Shown piece by piece: positions 38,975 to 49,932 of a stretch of DNA of 64,000 bases; positions within the stretch are counted from its first letter, which is position 1, and each line of letters opens with the position of its first letter. The stretch is from positions 13,817-77,816 of the forward strand of contig DTUF01000047.1 of assembly GCA_012964335.1 (NCBI GenBank), read 5' to 3'. The notes beneath the pieces are model-generated. The model saw only the letters and a list, made by a program, of their open reading frames with translations. It did no database searches and had not been told where the DNA came from. The translations under genes and the position numbers were made by a program. Source of the stretch: Candidatus Poseidoniales archaeon (GTDB taxonomy: Archaea; Thermoplasmatota; Poseidoniia; Poseidoniales; Thalassarchaeaceae).

Positions 38975-40189
38975 TCAACTGCTGGATAGGAATCTTTCAA
39001 TTCTATCAAATGCGTCTTCCAATACCTCAATATCAGGTAAGTAAACCATTCTTACGAAGCCTTTCCCGAATTCTGGGCTGAACCCAGAACCGTGAACCAT
39101 GAGCACTTTTTCTTGATGCAATAAGTCGAGGACAAATTGCTTGTCATCTTGTTTCCATCGTGGATGTGTTAATTCAATGAATAAGTAAAACGCACCACCT
39201 GGAGTCTGAGCACGTAAACCTTCTATAGATGAAATACGTTGCATACAATAGTCTCTCTGTTGCAATAATTTCTGTCGATATGAATCCATCCAACCATCAT
39301 CTGATGAAAGTCCAGCAAGGTAACCCATTTGAGCAGGTGTTGAGGCACAAAGACGAGAGCGTAAGAGCCTCTCAATTCCGTCTCTTATCAATGACAATCT
39401 ATTGGCTGGGTCGTAGAACGCCATGTATCCAATTCTCCAACCAGGGGCATAGTAGACTTTGCTTACACCATTCATCGTCAGCACTGGGACAGAACTTCCT
39501 GCTGACGTAGCTGCACCTGCCATCGAGATATGGTTACCCTCAAAATTCAAACCGTCGTATATCTCGTCAGCAATAATAATGCAATTTGGCCATTCTGATG
39601 CAATCTCTAAAATACCTGAAATAATCCTTTCATCTGCAATACCGCCGGTTGGATTATTCGGGTTAATTAGCACAATCAGTCGGACTGAATCGTCCATTTT
39701 TGACCGGATATCATCAAGGTCTGGATACCATCCATTCTGTGAATCCATTCGATATTCAACTGTACTACCCCCAAATAGAGGTGGATATGTCATGTATGGC
39801 GGGTAGTGGGGACCAGGTGAGAGTACTTTGTCGCCTTCTTGAAGGACTGCAGCAAACACGATTTGTAAAGCTTCAGTTACTCCATGGCAAACATAAACAT
39901 CGTCTTCTGTACATTCCCAACCCTTGTTTTGCTCGCTAGTTGCTATTCCTTGGCGCAGTAAAGGAATCCCATATGAGTGGGAATAGCCATTTTCTTGTCG
40001 TTCTAATGACTCTTGAAATGCTTTTATCATGTGGGTAGGGGTAGGTAGACCTGGATATGCTAGCGGGTCTCCGATGTTCAGTTTTAGAATCTTATGACCT
40101 TGTTTTTCAAGTTCTGTTGCGGGCACAACAACATCCCGAATTGCATATTCAATCTGGGCTGCTCTTTTGGCTACTGGGATTGGATCCAT
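38975..40189 (-). CDS. Class I/II PLP aminotransferase (alanine aminotransferase-like)
   Basis: IEYAIRDVV, KLNIGDP, INPNNPTG, DEIYD and PLP-Lys motif NGVSKVYYAPGWRIG. Confidence 0.9.
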   Translation of the reverse strand: MDPIPVAKRAAQIEYAIRDVVVPATELEKQGHKILKLNIGDPLAYPGLPTPTHMIKAFQESLERQENGYSHSYGIPLLRQGIATSEQNKGWECTEDDVYVCHGVTEALQIVFAAVLQEGDKVLSPGPHYPPYMTYPPLFGGSTVEYRMDSQNGWYPDLDDIRSKMDDSVRLIVLINPNNPTGGIADERIISGILEIASEWPNCIIIADEIYDGLNFEGNHISMAGAATSAGSSVPVLTMNGVSKVYYAPGWRIGYMAFYDPANRLSLIRDGIERLLRSRLCASTPAQMGYLAGLSSDDGWMDSYRQKLLQQRDYCMQRISSIEGLRAQTPGGAFYLFIELTHPRWKQDDKQFVLDLLHQEKVLMVHGSGFSPEFGKGFVRMVYLPDIEVLEDAFDRIERFLSSS

Positions 40190-40226
40190 ATCGTTTCCTC
40201 ATTCAGTCTCAGACGGGGGTTATTTG

Positions 40227-40703
40227 TCACATTGTCGCTTGGTTGATTTCAGCCATTTTACAAATTTCATCAAAGTATTTCTGTGGTACTGGTTGAACAC
40301 TTAGGCGTTGGCCCTTCTGTAATAATGGCATTCCTTCTAATTTTGGATTTTGTTTCAGGTCAGGTAGACCAAGGGTTTGCTTAAAACCGATTATTGGTTC
40401 AATATCAACCATACACCAACGTGGGTTATCGGCAGATGACTTAGGGTCAAAATAATTTGATTTCTCATCATGAGCAGTGAAGTCAGTATATCCTTCCTTA
40501 CAAACTCGCGCAACTCCAGCTATGTGTGGGGGTTTGCAGTTTGAATGATAAAATAGAACTAGGTCGCCAATCTTCATACTATCTCGCATGAAATTACGAG
40601 CCTGATAATTTCTTACACCATCCCAGTGGGTTTCCCCATCCTTGACTAATTGTCCCCACGGGTAGACATCGGGCTCACTTTTCATCAACCAATAGTTCAC
40701 CAT
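40227..40703 (-). CDS. EVE domain protein (THYN1-like)
   Basis: YWLMKSEP, WDGVRNYQARNF, FYHSNC and RLSVQPV. Confidence 0.95.
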   Translation of the reverse strand: MVNYWLMKSEPDVYPWGQLVKDGETHWDGVRNYQARNFMRDSMKIGDLVLFYHSNCKPPHIAGVARVCKEGYTDFTAHDEKSNYFDPKSSADNPRWCMVDIEPIIGFKQTLGLPDLKQNPKLEGMPLLQKGQRLSVQPVPQKYFDEICKMAEINQATM

Positions 40704-40752
40704 TGTTTACTCGTGAGGGGTTTGGGTCTATGGCCTACGCGATAGATTGTAT

Positions 40753-43737
40753 TCACCACACGTCATGGTCTGTTCGGTGAGTTGGGGCGGCCAATACAAC
40801 TTCCTCATCCTCTCCTTTTTCAATTAAGCGTGCAGCTCTAATCATTGAAGCAGAGCCTCCCACAAGTCCAACTCCACTTTTAATCATCAAAGAAAAAATT
40901 GCTGGTAACAGCAACAATGCTGAAGAGGCAGCTACAATCAATAGAATGATGATAACTTTGACGAAGGGTTTCAGCGCCGGTATCGGAATGAAGAAAGCTG
41001 TCGCTAATCCAGCACAGGTTACCACTACTGCTTCAATCAATGACATTCCAGTGGTTGTACAGGCTTCTCTAACTGCCTCAATAGTACCTCCATTTTCCTT
41101 CACGCGATTGGCAATATGAATACTGAAATCAATCCCTACACCAACTAAAATTGAGCCAATCATGACCGTAACTAGTGAAAGGGTTACGTCCATCTGTTGC
41201 ATCACTAACCATTGCATTGATACGGTAAACAATACTGGTATTGTAGTCAATAATGCATATCTAGGGTCTCTGAATACAATTGCTAGTGTGAACAGAGTTG
41301 CAGCCAATGCAAATCCAAGAGATGTCCATTGTGAACCGACAATTAAATCATTCACAGCGATTGTAACAGCGGCTACGCCGATAAGTTGTGAAGATGCGAT
41401 TCCACCAGGATAATTCTGCTCTGCATAAATGTTGACTTCATCAACTGCGGCTTGAGTATCCTGAACATTCATGAAAGGCATATCAATGTAAATCAAACTC
41501 CTCTGGTACGTTTCGTTAATGAACAATTGACGTGTCTCTTGAGTTAGTGACGCATAAAAGACATCAAGTAAGAAAATCTGGACCCGTTTATTTGCGTCAT
41601 CTTCTGTATTGAATGTTGTCAATACCCTCCAGAATGTCGCATCTTGTTCCTCTTCTCTGTCAAATATTACATGGCAGACTTCTTCACCGGTACCCGCAGG
41701 AAGTAAATTACAGAAGGGCATGATAGAAGTCCCAGATAAATTGACTGATACACCTACAGATTTCATAAGGAAAACGATGCTAACTGCGTTAGTTTTGTCA
41801 ACCCGATCAGTCCTATTTTCCAACATTTCAATATCTTGTAGTTTAGCGAATGGGTCATCGTTTTCCGTTGAATCATCATCTCGATCCCCTGCAATCGCAC
41901 CATGAATTAACAACATTCCAATTTGGCCAGCGTTGAATTCTTCGCTGTATTGTTTCATCTTCATAATAGGTGGTTGCCCTTGGGGTGCCATGTCTAGCAG
42001 GTCAATATTTTCTTCAACTTGCGGCCTAGCCCAAACAGCCGAAACTAGCATTAAAATAATGAAAACGCTAATGGTAGTTTTCGCCCAATTAATCGGTTGT
42101 TCAACTACGAATTCAATTATCTTAGGAGGGGGGTGACTTGGTTTTTTCAGATCTAATAACATTGTGAGGTTTGGTACCATCACCATAGTCAGTATATACA
42201 CAATCACGATTCCACCTCCGAGTGCTATTCCAACAGTTTTAATCGGAGCCATCGGAGTAATAACCAGTGAAATGAATCCTATTACAGTTGTAATCGCAGA
42301 CAATAATACTGCTTTTCCTGTTGATTGAATTGCTATTGCCATTTTATCTTGAGGTGTCCCAGACTCCTCCGCATATCTATTGGTGATGTGCAACCCATAT
42401 GATACACCCAGCGCAAGTAATATCGGACCAACAATGATAACAGTCATAGTCACCTCATAGTCAAGATAACCAATAATTCCCAAAGTCCACCATACTGAGC
42501 ACAAGGTAGGTAGGCCAGAAATAATGACTACCTTAATTCCTTGAATGATTCTTACTCTACCTGTTTGAATCAAATCAGAATGGAAGAGGAATAGGCCAAA
42601 GGCCACTGCAACGACACCCATTGGGAAAATTTGCCAAAACAGAACGAACGAATATTTTGTCACAGAATTAGTGATTGGTACAGGGCCTGTCAGGGTCATG
42701 GTAAGGCCTAGACATTGAGGTGCAGTACCATTTTGTCCATCAGGTCTATCCTCGCAAGCCGAGGTATCTTCATTCCAATTATTTTCAAATGAGGTCTGTT
42801 CAATCCAGCATTCTGTATACGTTATTATGTCAGTGTAAGCTTCAACCTCCCGCTGCCCCCCTGATTTACAGACATCGGGAATTTCTGATGCATGGAAACC
42901 AGTATCAACAACTCCTACGACTATTACCGCCCGATTTGGAAATCCTACTTTTGATAAGGCACCTGCCCCAACATCACGATAGAGTTTATCTTTAGCATTT
43001 GGTGGTAATTCTCCAATGATTTGGTTTACACGGTTTTGGTCATCTGGTATGCTGTATCCACCTAATGTGTCACCTAGGTCATCTATTTGGTCGTTGATTT
43101 GTTGTGAAAGGTTATCTCCACCGAGCGCATTCGTGACGAACGCCTTTGCAACTCGTGGTGCTGACGAATTTACCTCTTTAACGACGGTAGATATTGATAA
43201 AATATAGATAATTCCATCTTGGTCACCGCCATCTGAAACAACTTTGTTTAATTGTCGTTCTATATTGTCAAGTTGTTTGAGAATCTCAACATTTGTGACC
43301 CCTTGGTTTTCCGATTCAACATAGATAATCATCGCATTTGTTGTCCAATCTTCTTCTATTGTTGCTAAATCTTCCTTGACTGTTGAGCCTTCTGGGAGAT
43401 AAACCTCCAAGTCACCATTGACATTTAATGAGGCTGTCCCGGTCCACTTGTCAAGAATACCAGAATGAAACAAAAAGAACATTGTGATTAATACACATAG
43501 TCCAACAGTAGGAGCTGGGAATCGAGTTAGAGAACCAAACACGGTCATTTTTCGGAGTTCTTTTTGAAGCCTCCTAGGCGCATCCATTATTGCTTCAATT
43601 GCAGATTCAGAATCAAAGTCACTGAGTTTACTTTTGACGATACTGGTGGTAGAACTTATTTTTCCAGTAAGTCCTGAAATGGGTTGTTTCTTGGGCACCC
43701 TTCCATCTCCGCCTTCTTTAGAGATGTCAGCCACCAT
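40753..43737 (-). CDS. RND/MMPL-family (HAE3-like) exporter
   Basis: Two repeats of a large extracytoplasmic loop plus TM bundle. Motifs LALGVSYGLHI, TGKAVLLSAITTVIGF and GVGIDFSIH. Confidence 0.88.
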   Translation of the reverse strand: MVADISKEGGDGRVPKKQPISGLTGKISSTTSIVKSKLSDFDSESAIEAIMDAPRRLQKELRKMTVFGSLTRFPAPTVGLCVLITMFFLFHSGILDKWTGTASLNVNGDLEVYLPEGSTVKEDLATIEEDWTTNAMIIYVESENQGVTNVEILKQLDNIERQLNKVVSDGGDQDGIIYILSISTVVKEVNSSAPRVAKAFVTNALGGDNLSQQINDQIDDLGDTLGGYSIPDDQNRVNQIIGELPPNAKDKLYRDVGAGALSKVGFPNRAVIVVGVVDTGFHASEIPDVCKSGGQREVEAYTDIITYTECWIEQTSFENNWNEDTSACEDRPDGQNGTAPQCLGLTMTLTGPVPITNSVTKYSFVLFWQIFPMGVVAVAFGLFLFHSDLIQTGRVRIIQGIKVVIISGLPTLCSVWWTLGIIGYLDYEVTMTVIIVGPILLALGVSYGLHITNRYAEESGTPQDKMAIAIQSTGKAVLLSAITTVIGFISLVITPMAPIKTVGIALGGGIVIVYILTMVMVPNLTMLLDLKKPSHPPPKIIEFVVEQPINWAKTTISVFIILMLVSAVWARPQVEENIDLLDMAPQGQPPIMKMKQYSEEFNAGQIGMLLIHGAIAGDRDDDSTENDDPFAKLQDIEMLENRTDRVDKTNAVSIVFLMKSVGVSVNLSGTSIMPFCNLLPAGTGEEVCHVIFDREEEQDATFWRVLTTFNTEDDANKRVQIFLLDVFYASLTQETRQLFINETYQRSLIYIDMPFMNVQDTQAAVDEVNIYAEQNYPGGIASSQLIGVAAVTIAVNDLIVGSQWTSLGFALAATLFTLAIVFRDPRYALLTTIPVLFTVSMQWLVMQQMDVTLSLVTVMIGSILVGVGIDFSIHIANRVKENGGTIEAVREACTTTGMSLIEAVVVTCAGLATAFFIPIPALKPFVKVIIILLIVAASSALLLLPAIFSLMIKSGVGLVGGSASMIRAARLIEKGEDEEVVLAAPTHRTDHDVW

Positions 43738-43955
43738 ACGGCGCTGCCAACACCCTCCTTTAATATCTCAGCCAAAAGTATACAGATTAGCATGATTGGA
43801 TACCCCTCAAAATTTTCCGAATTGTTTAATCGTTGGATTTCAGAAGTTATAGTGAGGTCGTTTCATAAAGCGGTATCCTCATGAATGGTGACTTAACGCC
43901 CTTAGCCTGAGGATGCTTGCTGTTGACGTGTGAGAGGGCCTTGGTGGGATAATTA

Positions 43956-46445
43956 ATGGCAGATCCGCGTATTACCGATAAGCGATGGACAATTGACTTA
44001 GAAAAGCGGATTCAAGAAGAACACTATGCCGACCAAGATGCATACAATACTCGCTATGGATTTAATCCCAAATCAGAAAAAGAACTCTTTGTGATTGATA
44101 CACCCCCTCCTTATCCTAGTGGGACGTGGCATATTGGGGCTGTTGCTCAATATTCTATGATAGATGTGATTGCTAGAAGTCAGCGCTTGATGGGAAAAGA
44201 GGTATACTTTCCTTGGGGTGTAGATAGAAACGGAATCAACATTGAATTTACTGTTGAGAAAAATACAGGTAGAAAGATGAAAACTTACGACCGAGCAGAG
44301 TTCCTCAAATTATGTGAAGAAACTATCGAAGAATTCACTCAAGAAATGAGGGAAACCGCAAGTAGAGTTGGTTTATCTTGTGATTTTGCTAAAGAATACC
44401 TTACAGATTCTCCGGAATATCGTGCAGTCACACAGGCTATCTTCGTTGATTTATTTAAGCGGGGGGAAATTGTTGAAGATTTGCGTCCTAATATTTATGA
44501 CCCGGTTGAAGGAACTACCATTGCAGATGCAGAAGTTGAGAGATTGCAGAGGATGACACAACTTGTTGATGTCAAGTGGACAACTGAAAGTGGGGAAGAT
44601 ATTGCAATCTCTACTACTCGTCCAGAATTAATTTGTGCCTGTGGAGTTGTAATAGTACACCCAGATGATGAAAGATATCTGAATCTTGTTGGTCAACAAG
44701 TTCACTTGCCTGTTGAAGTAAATGGGAGAGGAACTAGTGTTGAAATTAGAGCTCACCCCTCTGTTAAATCCGATTTTGGTTCCGGTGTTTTGATGGTTTG
44801 TTCATTCGGCGACCAGAATGATGTTACTGTTTTCAGGGAATTAGGATTGATCCCATTCCAAGCAATCGGCTTAGATGGCTGTATGACTGAAATCAGCGGA
44901 CCATTGGTTGGAATGTCAGTTATTGAGGCACGCAAAACTGCAATTGACAGGCTTGAGGCTGATGGTAGAATTTTATCAGTGGAGGACCGTCAGCAAGAAG
45001 TTCCAGTTTCAGAGAGGGGGAAAAATCCGGTTGAAATTATTTTATTGAAGGAATGGTACATTCGTCAAACCCACAAACAGGAGAGGATTGCCGAATTAGC
45101 TGATGAAATCAATTTCACTCCTCCTCGCAACAAACAATTTCTCTTAGATTGGATGGAAAACATCTCAATTGATTGGCCAATTAGTAGGAGACGTTGGTAT
45201 CATACTGAGATTCCTATTTGGTATTCAGAAGACAAACAGAAAGTCATTGTTCCACCAGTTGGTACCTATGTTCAACCTTGGCGAGAGCCCCCTCCTCCAA
45301 ATTCAAGAGTATTAGATAGAGAAACCAAGGAAGACTTAGGTGATTGGTCTGAGATGAGGAAAAGCCTTGGTAAAATTCAAGGTGAAGAAAAAGTATTCGA
45401 CACTTGGATGGATTCCTCTAATTCGAATCTTTTCGTTTCAGGATATCTTAATGATAACGACACATTTGAACGCGCATTCCCGACAGGTCTTCGTCCTCAA
45501 GGAAAAGAAATTGTCCGCACATGGCTGTATTACACTTTGTTGAAATCTGCACTGCTATTCGATAAACCGGGTTTCAAGAATGTTTGGATTGATGGATTAG
45601 GTATGGACCCCTGGGGACGAAAGATGTCGAAGTCATTAGGGAATGGAATTGACGCAAATTCAGTTTTAGAATGTGGAGCAGGTGGAAGGACCGGCTCATG
45701 GAAGGTCAAAGGTCCAAATAAAACGGTAAACCTGAAAGCCAACAAGATTGGATCAGAATGTTTCCGATTGTGGAAGGCTTGTGATGCACAGGTTGGTGAT
45801 GACTTCCAAATCAATCCTGAAGAAATTGAGTCCAAGTATTACGGCGTGCTTACTAAATTATTCAACGTGGCTCGTTTTGCAAGCCAGTTTGAAGTCCCTG
45901 AAGATTTAGACACAGTCCCATCAGAATTGAGTATTTCAGAGCGTTGGATATTATCAGAATTCGCTGAGGTAAACCTAACAGTTAGAGACGCTTGGGGAAA
46001 TATAGATATCTATACTGCGGCTCAATCTATCAAGAATTTTGGAACTGGTGTGTTCCCAAGTCATTGGCTTGAAATGGCAAAAACTAGGCTATACAATGGT
46101 GACACGGGGGCTGCCTGGACAGTTCATCGAATTGTACGTGATTTGCTGACGATGTTTAGCCCTATTTGCCCATTCCTTTGCCACCACCTTTCATCTACAC
46201 TTTATGAAGAATCAGCAGTTGATGTTCGTAAATTCCCCAGTCTTCCGATTAGTGAATTAGGAAATGGAGATTTAGGCGATGGATTACGTCGATTAACTAC
46301 AATAATTACAGATTTTAATTCAGATGTATGGGCTGCAAAGAACGAAGCTGGACTTGGTCGAGGGAAACCAATTTCTGGTATTGAGATCCCAGCAGAATTA
46401 GAGGAGTTTAGCAGTCATCTAATTACAATGCATAAACTCGAATAA
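43956..46445 (+). CDS. valS: Valine--tRNA ligase
   Basis: DTPPPYPSGTWHIGA, TTRPE, FGSGVLMVCSFGD, DWPISR, FDTWMDS, RPQGKEIVRTW and KMSKSLGN. Confidence 0.93.
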   Translation: MADPRITDKRWTIDLEKRIQEEHYADQDAYNTRYGFNPKSEKELFVIDTPPPYPSGTWHIGAVAQYSMIDVIARSQRLMGKEVYFPWGVDRNGINIEFTVEKNTGRKMKTYDRAEFLKLCEETIEEFTQEMRETASRVGLSCDFAKEYLTDSPEYRAVTQAIFVDLFKRGEIVEDLRPNIYDPVEGTTIADAEVERLQRMTQLVDVKWTTESGEDIAISTTRPELICACGVVIVHPDDERYLNLVGQQVHLPVEVNGRGTSVEIRAHPSVKSDFGSGVLMVCSFGDQNDVTVFRELGLIPFQAIGLDGCMTEISGPLVGMSVIEARKTAIDRLEADGRILSVEDRQQEVPVSERGKNPVEIILLKEWYIRQTHKQERIAELADEINFTPPRNKQFLLDWMENISIDWPISRRRWYHTEIPIWYSEDKQKVIVPPVGTYVQPWREPPPPNSRVLDRETKEDLGDWSEMRKSLGKIQGEEKVFDTWMDSSNSNLFVSGYLNDNDTFERAFPTGLRPQGKEIVRTWLYYTLLKSALLFDKPGFKNVWIDGLGMDPWGRKMSKSLGNGIDANSVLECGAGGRTGSWKVKGPNKTVNLKANKIGSECFRLWKACDAQVGDDFQINPEEIESKYYGVLTKLFNVARFASQFEVPEDLDTVPSELSISERWILSEFAEVNLTVRDAWGNIDIYTAAQSIKNFGTGVFPSHWLEMAKTRLYNGDTGAAWTVHRIVRDLLTMFSPICPFLCHHLSSTLYEESAVDVRKFPSLPISELGNGDLGDGLRRLTTIITDFNSDVWAAKNEAGLGRGKPISGIEIPAELEEFSSHLITMHKLE

Positions 46446-46477
46446 TCAAATTGATTAGGCAATAATTACGATTATAA

Positions 46478-47467
46478 TTAAAAGATTTCAGGATTGATAA
46501 TCGATTTTGGTTTCTTCCCATCAAAGAAATCATTGAGTAACGCGGCCATCTCTTCACCAATTCTTGTTTGAGCCTCAATGGTGGCTGCCCCAATATGCGG
46601 GGTACCATGGAAATTCCTATGGTGAATGATGGGGTTGTCTAAAGTAGGTTCTTTCTCAAACACATCAAGTGCTGCCGATGCGATAATGCCTGATTCTAAT
46701 GCCTTCAACAAAGCCACTTCATCTACGATGCCACCACGGGCGCAATTTACAATATGATTGCCACAAGGTACTCCATCAATTCCTATTCCTGGCATCATTT
46801 CCAACCTTTTAGCATTGACTAAATGATGTGTTTCTTCAGTGAGGTTGCAGTGAATAGAGATGTGAGTGCACAATCGAAAAACCTCATCAATTTCATCGTG
46901 CAATTGACAATGTTGGTCTGCCGCTACTTCAGCAGGTAGGTATGGGTCATAGGTGTGGAGTGTCATCCCTAAGGCCCGGGCTGCTTGGCCCACGCCTTGT
47001 GCAATTCTACCAAAACCGATCAAACCCAATCTTTTACCAGATAATTCAGTTCCTCTGAGTTGCTTTTTGGCCCATTCACCAGCCCTGAGTGTTCGGTCTC
47101 CTGTGGTGATATGTCTAGCACACGCCAACAGATGACCAATTGTCAACTCAACAACTGCATGAGTTGAAGCGCCCGGTGTATTGCAAACCGCTATTCTACT
47201 ACTGGTTGAAGCAGGAAGGTCAATATTATCAATTCCCACACCTGCTCTGCCTATAAGTTTCAGTTGGCCATTTCTGCCACTGGAATTATGTATGACTTCC
47301 CCTGTCATTTTCGTCGCACTTCGAATTACTACTGCATCAAAGGTTGACAAAGCACCGGCTGCTAATTCTTCTGCAGAATAGTGTTGCAACACAACTTCGT
47401 GCCCCATTTCTTCGAGATACTTTACGGCAATTTCATCCATCCCATCTGTTACAGCAATTCTCCCCAT
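46478..47467 (-). CDS. D-2-hydroxyacid dehydrogenase (SerA-like, no ACT domain)
   Basis: IRSATK, GRAGVGIDNID, GFGRIAQ, VNCARGG, LDVFEKEP and TPHIGAAT. Confidence 0.88.
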   Translation of the reverse strand: MGRIAVTDGMDEIAVKYLEEMGHEVVLQHYSAEELAAGALSTFDAVVIRSATKMTGEVIHNSSGRNGQLKLIGRAGVGIDNIDLPASTSSRIAVCNTPGASTHAVVELTIGHLLACARHITTGDRTLRAGEWAKKQLRGTELSGKRLGLIGFGRIAQGVGQAARALGMTLHTYDPYLPAEVAADQHCQLHDEIDEVFRLCTHISIHCNLTEETHHLVNAKRLEMMPGIGIDGVPCGNHIVNCARGGIVDEVALLKALESGIIASAALDVFEKEPTLDNPIIHHRNFHGTPHIGAATIEAQTRIGEEMAALLNDFFDGKKPKSIINPEIF

Positions 47468-47577
47468 GGTTAGTGGGGGATACTCGGAATGAAATCAAGA
47501 TTGCTAAAGAACTGTTAAAGTAATGAAAGCAAGATTTGATATTGGGGGTCCTTCGATTCGTAGTTTAGGGATGAACT

Positions 47578-48177
47578 ATGGCCTTTGAATTACCGGACCT
47601 CGGATATGATTATGACTCACTAGAACCACACTTAGATGCGCTAACTATGGAGATACACCACAGCAAACATCACAATGCTTACACAAATAACCTAAATGCT
47701 GCTATTGCTGGTACTGAAATGGAAGGGAAGTCCATTGAAGACTTATTGGCAAACCACACAGATAGTCCTGCGGTTAGAAACAATGGGGGTGGGTTTTGGA
47801 ATCATGCCCTATTTTGGAATCTAATGTCACCAAATGGTGGTGGGGAACCAACAGGTGCTATTGCAGATGCAATCAACTCAGCCTTCGGTTCCTTTGAACA
47901 AATGAAGGCAGAATTCAGCAATGCAGCAGTAACTCGTTTCGGCAGTGGTTGGGCGTGGTTATCAGTTTCTGCTGATGGAACTTTAGTAATCACATCTACA
48001 CCTAATCAGGACAATCCTTTGATGGATGGTAGCGGGTCACCAGTTCTAGCTGTTGACGTTTGGGAACATGCATATTACAAGAAATTCGGACCTGCGCGTG
48101 CTGATTATCTCTCAGCATGGTGGAATGTTGTAAATTGGGATACCGTCAATGAATTATACCAATCTGCTCAACAATAA
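47578..48177 (+). CDS. sodA: Fe/Mn superoxide dismutase (Mn-type signature)
   Basis: [30 protein letters not shown] and DVWEHAYY. Confidence 0.93.
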   Translation: MAFELPDLGYDYDSLEPHLDALTMEIHHSKHHNAYTNNLNAAIAGTEMEGKSIEDLLANHTDSPAVRNNGGGFWNHALFWNLMSPNGGGEPTGAIADAINSAFGSFEQMKAEFSNAAVTRFGSGWAWLSVSADGTLVITSTPNQDNPLMDGSGSPVLAVDVWEHAYYKKFGPARADYLSAWWNVVNWDTVNELYQSAQQ

Positions 48178-48273
48178 TTGGTCAATTCGGAAAAGTATAG
48201 TACCCTAAAAATGGGTTGGTTTTCCCATCTATTGACCGACCGCTTCATGAAGTGATACAATGGGCCCCACTTT

Positions 48274-49497
48274 GTGAATTGGTCTGCGGATGACCCGAGC
48301 ACCCTTGCAGTAGTCGTAATTCTACTAGTTTCACCTATCCTCTTAGTTGTCCCCACACAGAGATTATGGAAAAAACGCGTATTAAAATCAGATAAACACA
48401 AGAAATACAGAAAAATCGTAAATGGGATTCTGACTCACGGCTATCCATTGCAAATTTTCCGAGCATCTTTAGATAAGACCGCCCGTAGTTTTCAATTAGA
48501 TGATAAGGAACAGGGATTGGTGGAAAGTGATATTCTATATCCACTTAACACAATGCATTTTCTTATTTTACCATCAATGATTTTATGGCCTTTGTTATCA
48601 ATTTTCGCAGTTTTCTTGATATTGCCTCTTATCCCTCTACTTCGTTTAACTGAATGGATTATGATAGACAAAGGATTACTTGCTTGGATTGTAAAGGTGA
48701 TTAAAAATTATACCAACTGGCAATTAATTGGAGTTCCTAAATTATCTAGAGATGCTCGCAAAGGTGATGTTTGGATACAGGCTTTACATCGTATGCCAAC
48801 AACAGTATTCCTAGGTTTATTTGCATATTTGGTGGTACACTATCTCTCACTACCAGATATTTTTGCTTTGGGGCTAGCAGGAATTATCTATTTGTTATTA
48901 GCTTCACTCGCTATTATTACATCAGTTGCTATTGACGGAGAGTTGGCATTTGCTGATAATGCACAGAGAAGAATAATGCCACTCGAAGCAATTCTACAGG
49001 ATTTGTTAACACCAATAGTTGGACTGGGTCTTCTTGTATTAATTGTCAGGCAAGTTTTCTTTACTATCACTTACCCGGGTGTAGGTTTACATGATCCTAT
49101 TATTTTCGCCATCTCAATAATGGTTGTTCTTTACACTGCAACAATAGTTGGTGCATTGATTGAATGGGCGGCAGGGAGACGTGGGAAGATTATTCGTAAT
49201 TCTTTCCATAAACGTTTGATTGATGATGAGAATCCTGAACTTTACTCTTTCACAAGGAATAAAGATGGTAGTCTGAATCTTCGTAAGATATGCATGCTTG
49301 AGGAATTCTTCGTAAATGGTCATCGTTTCCCCGAGCAGTCTCTAGAGGCATCAATTAGATTTGAAGATTTGATGGCACTGCCGTCTCTTGTTGAGGAAGG
49401 TGTCATAACTTTACCACCTAAAAAACCAGAAAGGAAGCCTGAGAAAATTGAGGTTAGTGAAGAATTACCTAATGAAGAAACCACTGAAGAAGAGTGA
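48274..49497 (+). CDS. Hypothetical polytopic membrane protein
   Basis: Long ORF with about 6-7 hydrophobic segments and an acidic tail. Confidence 0.65.
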   Translation: MNWSADDPSTLAVVVILLVSPILLVVPTQRLWKKRVLKSDKHKKYRKIVNGILTHGYPLQIFRASLDKTARSFQLDDKEQGLVESDILYPLNTMHFLILPSMILWPLLSIFAVFLILPLIPLLRLTEWIMIDKGLLAWIVKVIKNYTNWQLIGVPKLSRDARKGDVWIQALHRMPTTVFLGLFAYLVVHYLSLPDIFALGLAGIIYLLLASLAIITSVAIDGELAFADNAQRRIMPLEAILQDLLTPIVGLGLLVLIVRQVFFTITYPGVGLHDPIIFAISIMVVLYTATIVGALIEWAAGRRGKIIRNSFHKRLIDDENPELYSFTRNKDGSLNLRKICMLEEFFVNGHRFPEQSLEASIRFEDLMALPSLVEEGVITLPPKKPERKPEKIEVSEELPNEETTEEE

Positions 49498-49509
49498 TTT
49501 CTTTGAATA

Positions 49510-49902
49510 TCAGCCAAAACTACTGCCACAACTACATTCCTTTGCGGCATTTGGATTCTCAATCTTGAATCCACCGCCCATCAAAGAATCTTGGAAATCA
49601 ATTACAATACCAGCAAGTAAACTGCTATCAAAATCTGAAATCGCAATTGGAATCCCACTTATATCGTCAAATTGATGGCCCACTGGTTCAGGTTTATCAC
49701 CAATCTGCATATCATATAGATATCCCGAACATCCACCTCGATGGACTGCAAGTGTGAGCACAACCTCTCCAGGTTCAGTGTTGAATATCTCGCGCAATTT
49801 GTTTACCGCAATATCGGTTAATATTACTTCAATAGGGACGATTTCATACTCTTCTGTAGCGCTTATATCAGAAAGGACCCCACCATCTACCGGACAATCC
49901 AT
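49510..49902 (-). CDS. A-type Fe-S carrier (HesB/IscA/ErpA family)
   Basis: GGCSGY...IDF...GGGFKIENPNA..CSCGSSF. Confidence 0.93.
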   Translation of the reverse strand: MDCPVDGGVLSDISATEEYEIVPIEVILTDIAVNKLREIFNTEPGEVVLTLAVHRGGCSGYLYDMQIGDKPEPVGHQFDDISGIPIAISDFDSSLLAGIVIDFQDSLMGGGFKIENPNAAKECSCGSSFG

Positions 49903-49932
49903 ATTACTTCCTACCGCTGATGGTTGATTAAT

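Noticed and set aside
40227..40703. EVE domain as part of a modification-dependent restriction system
   Set aside because: Stand-alone THYN1-like protein among housekeeping genes, with no nuclease fusion or neighbour.
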